Both the position numbers and the translations under genes were made by a program. Below are positions 48,598 through 61,286 of a stretch of DNA of 64,000 nucleotides, piece by piece. The notes beneath the pieces were generated by a model, which did not search any database, was not told where the DNA came from, and saw nothing but the letters and a program-made list of their open reading frames with translations. The stretch spans positions 7,979,468 to 8,043,467 of the forward strand of contig CM119268.1 in the NCBI GenBank assembly GCA_051294375.1, in the 5' to 3' direction. The number at the start of each line of letters is the position of its first letter. Position 1 is the stretch's first letter. The DNA is from Paraspadella gotoi. Taxonomy: Eukaryota; Animalia; Chaetognatha.

Positions 48598-49537
48598 CGG
48601 TTTTCGACGCTGGAAAGTCAAGAAGATTCTTATCATTCATTTATCATTTATCATTTATATTTTCAACGGGATGGACTTATAGACGGACTTGGTTGCCCTT
48701 GTGTTGTGATTGGTCTTCCGATTTGACGATTCGAAAAGAGGCAGACTAATCACTTCACAAGTCCGACCAAGTCCTTCTATGGATCCATTATGTTGATGAT
48801 AAAAACATTTCAAAGCTTGAAATAGAGAAAGATTATGATGAAAAGATTTGCTTTTTTGACCTTGGGATCGTCATTGTACGCAAAAAATAGCGGTTCACAT
48901 TTTAAATCGTCCCTACATACCTTTTAAAAGGTATATGGCGAAAGATGTTCAGTAAAAAAATTACAAGTTGCTATTTTTTTTTAAAATACAATAGAAATTG
49001 TTATAAATTATCGCGATTCAAGCTAAAAAAATAAAAAAATTAAAAAATTAAAAAATTCCCTAACAATGGAGTTGAAGACAGATTCTCGTCAGAAGTTTTA
49101 ACGAAGATTTAAAGGAACATTTTTTTAAAAGAGTTCAGAATCTCGAAAGAAATTCATCTTCATTAAAGAAAAAATGTGTTTTGAAATCAATTCTCAAAGA
49201 CAAACAGGTTTTCGAATGCTTGAAAAACTTAGTTTATAATTATGAATGCAAAAAATTACAAAAAGCTTCACGAGAAACCAAAAAGATTACCAATGCGCAA
49301 CAAACACAACATCGATTAAAATAAACTATTTATGATATACGCTCATAACCGTTTACCTGTAAAATAATCCCGACGCTGATTTCCTCGGTATATTTTTTTT
49401 TTTAATTCGCTTTCACTGAATTCGCATTTCAGTCAAAAGGAGTTCGTCTCCATAATACATAGATGCAAAATGATGCGAGGCAGAAAAAAAGACAAAAGGA
49501 CATCGAACGACGACGAAAATGACGACGACTTTTCACC

Positions 49538-49619
<82 letters not shown>

Positions 49620-50423
49620 AAGAGAGGAAGGAGAGAGAGGAAACGAAGCGAAAGGGGTTGCGTCGATGGCAGACAAACGGGAAGTCTTGCGTTGGCAGAT
49701 GGCGTTGGCGGATCCTAGACGAACGTCGTTGTTGTTGTAGTTGCTGAAATGAAGGATCGCGATATATTCAAGTGACGTCTCTCCCCTCGTTTCTCCGATA
49801 TGAGAAGCGCCATCTGATGAATTTTTGAAAGAGTTTCATGTCGAACAAAAGTCAAACGTCGACGGCCTAAAGTGGAGAATTTTATTATTCCAGGTTTTTT
49901 ATGAGATCAGAGCCGGCAATTGAAAACATTAGGTTAGGAGTGTTAATGATATTAAGACAACTAAGTTTATCTAGTTTCCATCTGTTCCATCTCAATGCTT
50001 TTTTAGACGTAGTTTATTGCTTTTAAATTGACAACTTGGTGCAATTTTAGATTGTCTACTTGTTATATACTTTTTAATGAAAATTGCAAAATTACTTGTT
50101 TCACTATTTTTTATTTTTTATATTTAATGATATTAATATTTAAGGTTTTGCTGTTTAATTTATATATTTATATAATATATAATTATACAATATACATATA
50201 TTGTTTTTTTTTAAATTTTTTACTTATATCTTTATATCTAATATTTTTTTTAGGGGAGGGTGAGGTCAGTATTGTCTTCTGCTAATAGAGGGAGCATATA
50301 TATATATATATATATAGCATATATACATATATATGTACAACATGAGGTTAGTGTACAATCTGTCCTAGTTTTCTAATAGATATTATACATCGTACCTGTT
50401 AAAAAATTATTAATGAGAAATTA

Positions 50424-50473
50424 ATGAAAACGCTGATGAAGGCTTGTAAAGCAAGTCGAAACATGTATGTTCA
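50424..50473 (+). ncRNA. Minimal type I hammerhead ribozyme (Penelope-like element pLTR type)
   Basis: CTGATGA (50433-50439), A, stem II GGCTTG/CAAGTC with a 5-nt loop, GAAA (50458-50461), palindromic ACATGT stem III, GTA cleavage triplet (cut after 50467), imperfect stem I AACG/TGTT. AATAAA follows at 50479. Confidence 0.65.
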
Positions 50474-50954
50474 ATTTAAATAAAATTCGTTGCAAACAAA
50501 AACTTTGTCAATTCTCTAATGAGAACTCATAATATCTAAGATGCTGAACAGAAAAAGGGAGACCAAGGCTATATGATTTTTTTTTTACCATTAGGGATCA
50601 GACTACAATGTAGAATCATATTTTCCGACGTTCTCATATAATTAATGACATTCTGTTTAATCATAATTCATTATTCAGTGCGAACTTACAGTACATTTAA
50701 GCGAATCTAAGAAAATCCAATTAAATCAGCCTTGCTCTTAGCTCGGTATTTACCTAACAACATGTACAATATATAAATTTGCTAAAAAAAGTCGTGACTT
50801 TGTCAAAAAAATATTCAGCCCGTGACAGGTAGAATAATACACTTTCAACTTTCACAAAATTTTTGATCTTAAAAAGAGAAAAAAAAATAAAGAAAAAAAT
50901 CTGAAAATATTTTATTTTTTGAAATCCCCGGATCTGAATCCCCGGATGGAACAA

Positions 50955-51212
50955 TAAACGCGTGGCGCGTCGGTCTCGGTTTTAAAACGGCGCCGATTCT
51001 CGAGGCGCGCGTCTCAACGCGAAGCCGCGCGACCAAAAAGAAAAAGGCGCCGCGCGAGGAGGAATGACGCCGGGCGGAAGCGAGAAGCGCCGACGAAAGA
51101 AAGACGAGCGTGGCGAGAAGAGGCGGCGTCGGCGGTTCGGAGGCGGGGGGGGAGGAAGGAGGAAGGCGGACAGAAGGGAGGGGAGCAGTGAGAAGCGGGG
51201 GGTGGGGGCGGG
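50955..51212. promoter_or_regulatory. CpG/GC-rich island, promoter-like; associated transcript unknown
   Basis: Dense CGCG/GGCG and a GC box (GGGGCGGG near 51204) within AT-rich flanks. A minus-strand donor-like TAG|GTAAAT lies near 50753. Confidence 0.35.
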
Positions 51213-51314
51213 ACAAACTTAGAGGTGAAAGGGATAGTCGAAAAAGTTTAACGCAAATGGGAGGTCAAGAGAGAGAGAGAGTGAAAGAGAAGAGAGGAGA
51301 GAGAGAGAGAGAGA

Positions 51315-51386
<72 letters not shown>

Positions 51387-52654
51387 TGAGAAGTGTGTAA
51401 AATAAAAAACTCTATAAGGGGGAACATGAAAACATATAGGATGGCGGGTGAGGGCAGGTGCTTTGACAAAGTCTCCTACAAATCCAGGGAAGAAGAAAAA
51501 ATGGAAAAGACTGGAAAGGAGGAGGAGGAAAAAGAAAAAAAAAGGGAGGAAGAGGAAAGAAGATGAAGATAAAGCGGAGGAAGGAAGAAAAAAAAGAAAG
51601 AGAATTCAAAGAAAGAAAGTTAATCTTTATTAAAATGCGAGACTTCGGGTTTTTTGTTTTTTTTGTGACAAAAGAAAATCGTCCTATTCATAATAATGCT
51701 GGTGAAGAGACTGGTGATGATGTTCTAGCAGAGGGGGAAGAGGAAGAGGAAGGAAAAGAGAGAAAGAGATAAGAGTGGTTCATTTAGATTAAGATTTAGA
51801 TAAGAGTGTTTGAATTAGATTAAAATTTAGTTAAGAGTGGTTGATTTAGATTTGATTTAGATTTAGATTAAAGTGGTTGATTTAGATTTAGAAATACGTT
51901 GTAGAGATTTAAGAAAAGGACCAGATGATCCTGAAGTTAACTTTTCAGAATTTCTCATTAGAATGTTGACTGTAACTTGTAACTTTGAATTAGAATACTG
52001 AAAGTGGCCAACTTTGGATTAGTCTGCAGACAGTTGTGATCTGACTTAAAAAGACTGTTTACAGTAGTTTACAGTAGCAGTTAAAAATCTAAACCAGACT
52101 TGACTGATAACAGTTGTAAACTCCTGATCAGAGTGTCAACATTAGCAAATTTTTCATCAGACTTATGACCGAAGTGTTTCAAACTGTTGTCCCTCTTCTT
52201 AGTATTGTTCACTTGGGATCCACCTGGTCGGAGAAGAAAACGCCTCCCTTTCCTCACCGGTAAACGAGATATCATTGTGTCGTCGCGATGCATTCGTCCG
52301 AGGACTAAAAAAGGAAAATAAAAGGAAAAAAAAGAAAGAAGGAAGAAACATTAAGAAGTAGAAAATGCTGGGAAAATGGACGAGGAAAAAAATTAGGCGG
52401 AAAAGAAGAGAAGGAATGAAAGAGGAAGAAATCCGAAACAAGAGTTTGTTTCCATCTTCCTCGGCGGCGGCTGTGGCGGCGGCGGCAGCGGCGGCGGCGG
52501 CGGCGGCGACNNNNNNNNNNNNNNNNNNNNNNNNNGACGGCCGACGACGAGTTCGACAGAAACGACAAAAGTTGACGGTTGATATTTGACAAAAAAAACT
52601 TTCCTCTCTTGAAATGACTTTATAAAAAATGTATGAGCAAAACAGGAGAGAGAC

Positions 52655-52692
<38 letters not shown>

Positions 52693-52739
52693 AGAGAGAG
52701 AGAGTAGAGAGAAGAGAGAGAGAGAGAGAGAGGAAGAGA

Positions 52740-53297
52740 GAGAGAGAAGAAAGAGAGAGAGGTTATTTCTGAGAAATTCAGTCGACAAAGATTAAAGCGT
52801 TGATGAGAGAGAGTGAGAAAAAAAGAGGAAAGAGAGAAGCGGGTGGCATGGAAATGTCAAGATTTTCGTTCCGATCTCGATCGTTCTCACAAATTTTCAT
52901 CGCTTTCACTTCGAAAACATCTTTGAGTGATGAGTGTGAGCGATTGATGCCGGAAATTTATACTAATTAGATGTCCGCCTAACCTTGGCTTTCGTTTTTT
53001 TCATTGTAGACCTTACATTTAGGAAAACTCATAGATTTCTAGCTCTGAAATCAACCACGATTTTATTCTGAAGAAATTGAAATTGAGCGAGAAAAAATTA
53101 AATTAAGAGGTCACGCTCATTAAACTAATTTTCACGTTCTTAATTAATACATCAAGATTTGTTTTTTGTTTGTTTTTTTAGTTCATTTGTTTAGAACGAT
53201 TTTGATTGAGGCTTTTCCTCTTCCGTGCCGAAAACCCCAAGATGTGTGTCCATCAAATTCGGAACTTGTTAAATTCAACACGGAATGAAATGAGATG

Positions 53298-53382
<85 letters not shown>

Positions 53383-56275
53383 AAAAGAGCTTAGCTATGT
53401 AGACACTCTCCATTCTTTTTTCTTTTGATTTTTCTAATGGGATTCTTGTCGTTCCGTCTCTCACCTCTCTCTCTTTCTCCTCTTCTCTTCACTACTCAGC
53501 TGTTTCCCAGTTAATACACTTTCCTCCTTTTTCCTATTTTTTCCTTCTCCCTCCTTCACGATTGCCATTTTCCTATTCGCCCTCATTCCTCGTTTCACTT
53601 CAAATCCCTCTCTCCCTTCCTTTTTTCCCGGTAAATCCTTAGAAAAAAAACAAAATTTCGTTGGAACCATATCCGTCATATTTTTTTCCCGTCTGACCGA
53701 TTGCTCGTCCGCGTCCGTCTTTCGTCAGTCCGTCCCGTCCGTATAATCCCCAATATTTGTCATGTTTTGGAGACGAATGATCACACTCCGTTTTCTCTGC
53801 TTTGTCAGCCTCGAAACCCGAATATGATGAACTCGAACGACATTTTGTCTCCAAATCTCGGTTTCCCCCGATTTCCGCCATGTCACCGACGGTATTGTGT
53901 TGAGATGTCTAGACGTCACCCAGGTTGTGTGTGATCCTCATCACCCTTTTTTCGTTGTGTGAGATGGTTGTGTGAGACGGTCATGTCGTAGATGGTCTGA
54001 TCGTCACCGGATGTCGTGTGATCCTCCACCTTTATTTCGTTGTGTGAAGATGGTTTGTGTGAGACGGTTGTGTGAGATTCTCAGAGCGTCACCGGCTTTG
54101 GTGTGATCCTCACCCTTTTTTCGTTGTCGGTGAGATGGTTTGTGTGAGAAGGTGTGTGAGATGTCTAGACGTCACAGGTTGTGTGTGATCCCTTCACCCT
54201 TTCACTTTTCGTTGTGTGAGATGGTTGTGTGAGACGGTTGTGTGGATTCTAGACGTCACCGTTGTGTGTGATCCTATCATTCCTTTATTCGTTGTGTGGA
54301 GATGGTTGTGTGAGACGGTTGTGTGAGACTGTCTAAGAACGTAACCGTTGTGTGTGATCTCCTTCACCCTTTATTCGTTGTGTGAGACTGGTTGTGTGAA
54401 CGGTTGTGTGAGGATGTCTAGACGCACCGGTTGTGTGTGAACCCTTCACCCTTTTTCATTTTCGTTGTGTGAGATGGTTTGTGAGACGGTGTGGTGAGAT
54501 TCCTAGACGCTCAACCGGTTGTGTGTGATCCTCACCCTCTTATTTCGTTGTGTGAGTGTTGTCGGAGACGGTTGTGTGAGATGTCTAGAACGTCAACCGG
54601 TTGTGTGTGATCCTTCACCCTTTAATTTCGTTGTTGAGAATGGTTGTGTGAGACGGTTGTGTGAGATGCTCCCTAGACGTCAACGGTTGTGTGTGATCCT
54701 CAACCGCTTTATTTCGTTTGTTGGTGAGATGGTTTTGTGAGATGTCTAGACGTCACCGGTTTGTGTTGCATCCTTCACCCTTTATTTCGTTCGTCTTCTT
54801 CGTTACTTTCATGAGCCGTTTTCATTCTGGCTTCCTATTATTAAAATATACTTTTCTTACCTAAGAAAAGTTACGATCAAAACCAGCAAGCGCGAGGAGC
54901 TGTTTTGACCGAAGATAACTATCCGTACTTCTGTTCGAACCTTCCCAGGAATGAAAACGTTTGTCTTGAACAAGCGGATTTTTTCCCAGGTCCACGAGGC
55001 GGCTTACGGCCACACGGGCACAACTATCAGATTTATAGGGTAATGAAACTTCGTCAACTAGTTGTACTCGCCTTCAGCTTATCATCGCAGGAGATCAATC
55101 TCACCAAAATCCAAAACGGATCGAAGGATCGGGCGATGACACAAAATGGAATCATTGAACGCTGATTGGCCGAGACGGAACCGGAACCGACTAATCAGCT
55201 TGCGAGGAACGATGGAATTGTCAAAATCACTCTTGCCTTTGATCCTGTCTTTTGTTATAAATAGCTTTAGTCTCTCCTAGTTTCGGTGGCATGATTCCAT
55301 GAATTTTTCCTGAAATGTTATCATCGTGACTTACCCAGCCTCGCGGTTCTTCCCACCTTTTTTTTTCATTCTCCGTCCGCGCCCGTCTCAATGTTGCATG
55401 AATTATGACTCATAATTCATGAAGAGCCTCACAACAGTTTTTCAACGCTCCTTGAAATCTTTAAGACGCTGAGGTATCAGGTGAGCTAGGATCAAAAGCA
55501 GATGTTTAATAAGTAGTGTGGAGAAAAAAAGGATTTGAAACTATTGCGATGGCAAAATAATATGGCGACGTGATTGAGACAGTGTCCCACGTGACCGAAA
55601 AAGTTTCCATAATAATGTATTATTCTTAAATTTTTTTATTTATCACTATTTATACTACTAAGTTTTATTCAATGCTGTTTCAAGTTTAGTACAGTTTTAA
55701 CTTTTAGTATTATCATTTCTGACGGAAACGACCGTACATTTAGAAAGGTCAAAAAGTATGATTTCAAAATGGTTTTTATTTGAACACTTTTCGTAAAAAT
55801 ATTTAAAAAAGAATTATACTTTGTGTAGACCACTTACTTATGAGCTATCTGAATCTGATCTTAAATTTAAAAATTTCTCAAAAAATGTTTGGCCTTTTCC
55901 TATCTATAAATAATACTTAAAAAAATTACTAGGACTAAGAGCCATATTAGAAATTTACTCCATTGAAAGTATTCTTAAAAATGTTTAAATATTCGTTTGA
56001 GCATGTACTCACTCTATTATTTTGACTCACCCCATTGAGTGCGGCTACCCTACCGAATAACTGACATGTAGCTAGTAAATTTGGGGTTTGTAAACTTAAA
56101 TATTTATTCCCCCTCTATGGTTCCAGATAATAGTCAAGGCCTTCCTTTCAATTCTCGTTTAGAAGTTCAAGTCAGTTACATGTATTTTAGCTACTATTAT
56201 ATATTTTGCAAGATTGGGAGTCATTACAGTGGAAGACACAAAAAGCAGACAACGGAAGCGCACAAATGAAAATGC
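52740..56275 (+). repeat. Copy 1 of a second direct tandem duplication (includes the expanded 82-bp array)
   Basis: Colinear with 56276-58952. Both copies start (AG)n-GGTTATTTCTGAGAAATTCAGTCG and end ACAAATGAAAATGC. Confidence 0.95.
53885..54790. repeat. ~82-bp minisatellite (GACGGTTGTGTGAGATGTCTAGACGTCACCGGTTGTGTGTGATCCTTCACCCTTTATTTCGTTGTGTGAGATGGTTGTGTGA), about 11 copies
   Basis: Head-to-tail units, each built from GGTTGTGTG(AGA) subrepeats. Confidence 0.9.
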
Positions 56276-56828
56276 GAAGAGAGAGAGAAAGAGAGAGAGG
56301 TTATTTCTGAGAAATTCAGTCGGACAAGATTAAAAGCGTTTGACTGAGAGAGAGTGAGAAAGAGAGAAAGAGAGAAGCGGGTGGCATGGAAATGTCAAGA
56401 TTTTCGTTCCGTCTCGATCGTTCTCACAATTTTCATCGCTTTCACTTCGCAAACATCTTTGAGTGATGAGTGATGAGCGATTGATGCCGGGAAATTTATA
56501 CTAATAGATGTCCGCCTAACCTTGGCTTTCGTTTTTCATTGTAGACCTGTACATTTAAGGAAAAACTCATAGATTTCTAGCTTGAAATCAACACGATTTT
56601 ATTCTGAAGAAAATTGAAAATTGAGCGAGAAAAAAAATTAAATTAGAGAGTCGACGCTCATTAACTAATTTTACGTTCTTAATTAATACATCAAGATTTG
56701 TTTTTTGTTGTTTTTTTTTAGTTCATTTGTTTACGATTTTGATTGAGGCTTTTCCCTCTTCCGTCCGAAACCCAAGATGTGTGTTCCATCAAATTCGGAC
56801 TTGTTAAATCAACACGGAATGAAATGGA

Positions 56829-56888
<60 letters not shown>

Positions 56889-58952
56889 AGCTAGCTATGT
56901 GACACTCTCCATTTCTTTTTTCTTTTTTGATTTTTCTTAATGGGATTCTTGTCGTTCCGTCTCTCACCTCTCTCTTCTTTCTCCTCTTCTCTTCAACTAC
57001 TCAGCTGTTCCCAGTTATACATCTTTCCTCCTTTTTTTCCTTCTCCCTCCTTCACGATCCATTTTCCTTCGCCCTCATTCCTCCGTTTCACTTCAAATCC
57101 TCTCTCCCTTCCTTTCTTTCCCGGTAATCCTTAGAAAAAAAAAAAAAATTTCGTGGAGACCATTCGTCATATTTTTTCTCCCCGTCTGACGATCTGTCCG
57201 TCCGTCCTTTCGTCAGTCCGTCCGTCCGTATATCCCCAATATTTTGTCATGTTTTGAGACGAATGATCACCGACTCTGTTTTCTCTGCTTTTGTCAGCCT
57301 CGAACCCGAAATATGATGACTCGACGATTTTGTCTCCCAAATCTCGGTTTCCCCCGATTTCGCATTCACCGACGGTTGTGTGAGATGTCTAGACGTCACC
57401 GGTTGTGTGTGATCCTTCACCCTTTATTTCGTCTCGTCTTCTTCGTTACTTTCATGAGCCGTTTTCATTCTGGCTTCCTATTATTAAAATATACTTTTCT
57501 TGAAGCCTAAGAAAAGTTACGATCAAAACCAGCAAGCGCGAGGAGCTGTTTTGACCGAAGATAACTATCCGTAACTTCTGTTCGAACCTTACCCAGGAAT
57601 GAAACGTGTTTTGGTCTTGGAACCAAGGGATTTTTCCCAGGTCCACGAGGCGGCTTACGGCCACACGGTCACAACTATCAGATTTATAGGGTAGATGAAC
57701 TTCGTGCAACTAGTTGTACTCGCCTTCAGCTTATCATCGCAGGAGATCAATCTCACCAAAATCCAAAACGGATCGAAGGATCGGGCGATGGACACAAGAA
57801 TGGAATCATTGAACGCTGATTGGCCGAGACGGAACCGGAACCGACTAATCAGCTTGCAGGAACGATGGAATTGTCAAAATCACTCTTGCCTTTGATCCTG
57901 TCTTTTGTTATAAATAGCTTTAGTTCTCTCCTAGTTTCGGTTGCATTGATTCCATGAATTTTTCCTGAAATGTTATCATCGTGACTTACCCAGCCTCGCG
58001 GGTTCTTCCCACTTTTTTTTTTCATTCTCCGTCCGCCCGTCTCAATGTTTGCATGAATTATGACTCATAATTCATGAAGAGCCTCACAACAGTTTTTCAA
58101 CGCTCCTTGAAATCTTTAAAGACGCTGGGTATCAGGTGAGCTAGGATCAAAAGCAGATGTTTAATTAAGTAGTTGTGGATAAAAAAGGATTTGAAACTAT
58201 TGTGATGGAAAATAATATGGCGACGTGATTGAGACATGTCCCACGTGACCAAAAAAGTTTTCCATAATAATGTATTATTCTTAAATTTCTTATTTATCAC
58301 TATTTATCACTACTAAGTTTTTATTCAAATGCTGTTTCAAGTTTAGTACAGTTTTAACTTTTAAGTATTATTCATTTCTGACGGAAACGACCGTACATTT
58401 AGAAAGGTATCAAAAAGTACTGATTTCAAAATGGTTTTTATTATTTTTGACACACTTTTCGTAAAAATATTTAAAAAAGAATTATACTTTGTGTAGACAA
58501 CTTATTATGAGCTATCTGAATCTGATCTTAAAATTTAAAAATTCTCAAAAAAATGTTTGGCCTTTCCTATCTATAAATAAATATTAAAAAAATAATTACT
58601 AGGGTATAGAGCCATATTAGAAATTTTTTATCCATTGAAAGTATTCTTAAAAATGTTTAAATATTCGTTTGAGCATGTACTCACTCTATATTTTTGACTC
58701 ACCCCATTGAGTGCGGCTACCCCTACCGAATAAACTGACATGTAGCTAGTAACATTTGGGGTTTGTAAACTTTTAAATTTATTTCCCCCTCTATGGTTCC
58801 AGATAATAGTCAACGGCCTTTCCTTTCAATTCTCGTTTAGAAGTTCAAAGTCAGTTACATGTATTTTTAGCTACTTTATATATTTTGGAAGATTGGGAGT
58901 CATTACAGTGGAACGACAAAAAGCAGACAACGGAAGCGACAAATGAAAATGC
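56276..58952 (+). repeat. Copy 2 of the second tandem duplication (single partial 82-bp unit at ~57367-57432)
   Basis: Alignment by eye with 52740-56275. Confidence 0.95.
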
Positions 58953-59242
58953 TGACAAAATGATCGTCTGCTTAACACATATTGTTGTGGACATACTTAA
59001 GATTTAGTTATTAGGTTAAAACGCCGCACCCGGGAACGGCTTTAAACGGAAATACTTTATTTTAAAATTTATTCAGAAAAATATAACTTGATGTTCGTGA
59101 AGGAAACGACTAAAAAATTTCATTCGCCCTCTGGTGTGAGAAAAAAAAATCCATCCATTTGAAAGTGAATAATGGAATAATGAGGAAGAAAAGGCTTGCT
59201 GGAACATTCTCTCTCCCCCCCTCTCGTAACGCGCTCTAACAA

Positions 59243-59282
<40 letters not shown>

Positions 59283-59305
59283 CTCTCCTCTCCTCTCTTC
59301 ATTCT

Positions 59306-59344
<39 letters not shown>

Positions 59345-59505
59345 CCCTCCTTATTTTTCCATAAGTACCATAATTTCCCACGGCGCCCAAGGTTTCACTT
59401 AAAACTGAAGGAAGAGCGATTATTTTTAGGATTTATTAAATTTTATCAAAAGATTAAAATCCGAAAAAGAGAGGGGAGAGGGAGAAGAGAGAGAGAGAGA
59501 GAGCG

Positions 59506-59540
<35 letters not shown>

Positions 59541-59659
59541 CTTTTTCGGTTGCCTAAAGGCGGCGGGAGTTCTGACGTCGGGGACGCGAAAGAACCAATT
59601 TTATCAAATGTTGAAAGTGACGAAGGACGAAACGACGTCGCTTAACTTCGACGTGTGGT

Positions 59660-59693
<34 letters not shown>

Positions 59694-61165
59694 AAGGGAT
59701 TTCTATGGTGGTCGTCGTCCCCGCGATTGTCGCTTTGTCGTCGCTTTATTCGTCGACGTCAGTGTTGTTGTCCAATGTCCATATAGTCCCTTGACGATGT
59801 CATGATGAAAAATTCGTAATCTATTGCCACTTATTTTGTTAAATCTCACCTCCCGTTTGAATGTCATAACAAATCATAACATTTAAATATTAATTTAGTT
59901 AAGACGTGAGAGGATTTAAAGCATATAAAGGAAGTATTTGCGGAAACCCGACCTTTATTGAGAGTACTTTGCCTCTTAGCGAAATCACTTAGTAGTTTTA
60001 ACTCAGGCTCTGTTATCACTCTCTTACGCACCATTAATGCCTTTTTATCGTCTTTTTTTCATCGCTCTCTTATATCTTTTTTTTTTTCGCAATAAGGAAT
60101 TCTTGATAATATTTTCAAGTGTAAAGCATACCTGATTTCGTAACACGAACAACGGTCATAGGGTCGTTGGTCACCGGTCACCGGTCAAATGTCAGAAAGA
60201 AAGGTCAGATTTTTACGCGAGAAGAAAGGAAAACAAGTCGTTACCAAAACAAAAGATTATCGTCGTCATCGTCGTCGTCGTCGTCATAATCGTCGTCGTC
60301 CTCTTGTCCTCTTTTTCTTCTTAGTCTAGATGTCGATGGTCATCATTGTTAAAATTTCCCTTAACATTAACGTCACAGAAGTCCTCGATAATCTTATACA
60401 TATATGTACGTCATCATAATCATCATCATCATAATCATCATCATCATCATAATTATCATCATCATCATCATCATCTTCATCATCGTCGTCGTCGTCGTCG
60501 TTGTCTTCCCCGCCCATCGGTGAGACGATAAAATCCCTCGGAATTTGGATCAAAATCTCTTTGGACAGAAACCGGTTAATCTCGTTCAATCATTCGACCT
60601 CACCTCGAAGAAGGACGAACTCACCCCGAGTGCACGATCCACTTTTCCCCCACTTTTTTTCCGGAGAAGTGAAAAGAAAGAGAGACTCAACTTAACTCAT
60701 CTCCTTTTAACCGAATCGATATCTAAAACCGGGTAGATTTGGACGGGGGTTCACCCTGTAGCGTTTCCAGCCGCTATCTTACTCCTTTGTTATTTCATTG
60801 CTGGGCCTTTTTTTTGCTCCACTCGCCCTCTTACGAATTCCTTCTCTCACTCGCCCCTTTCCTCTCCCCGAAGTCGGAACCTTACCTTCCCTAAAGTTGT
60901 CACCGCAAAGTCTTCATTGATTTTCCGATGAGATCCAGTTCACGTGGAGAAAGAGTGAGGAAGAGAGAGACCGATTTCTTAATTTATTTTACTTTATTCC
61001 CGTTACATTCTCTCTGGCGGGGACCTTGTTATTAATCAATTTGATTGATAATTTGGTGCTAAATAATGACTTCCCGAATTAACATTGAACGAGTTTTATT
61101 CGTCGCCTTTTGGATCAAATTCGTGACGTAATTGTTCGAACACTTTGATTCCCTAATTTCTACAG

Positions 61166-61219
61166 TCGGGTCACTCGTTTGTGAACCGGACGGAAGATGC
61201 AATCAGAAGCCCGAAACCC
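61166..61219 (+). CDS. Candidate 54-nt symmetric (phase 1-1) exon, unidentified protein: GSLVCEPDGRCNQKPET
   Basis: CTAAT branch-like motif + TTCTACAG acceptor, GTATGT donor, open frame, followed by an (AG)n tract typical of introns in this window. No homology recognised. Confidence 0.3.
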
Positions 61220-61250
61220 GTATGTGAGATAAAAAAAGAAAGAAAGAAAT

Positions 61251-61286
<36 letters not shown>

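Noticed and set aside
49808-49843. Second hammerhead (CTGATGA-ATTTTT-GAAA...TTC)
   Set aside because: Stem II is only one A-U pair and stem III is neither stable nor palindromic; likely chance.
60350-60600. Cys-loop ion channel N-terminus (NVTEVLDNL..., LGIWIK)
   Set aside because: The resemblance is only a few residues, split across frames by a (CAT)n tract; no YD..RP, W.D..L or Cys-loop motif was found.
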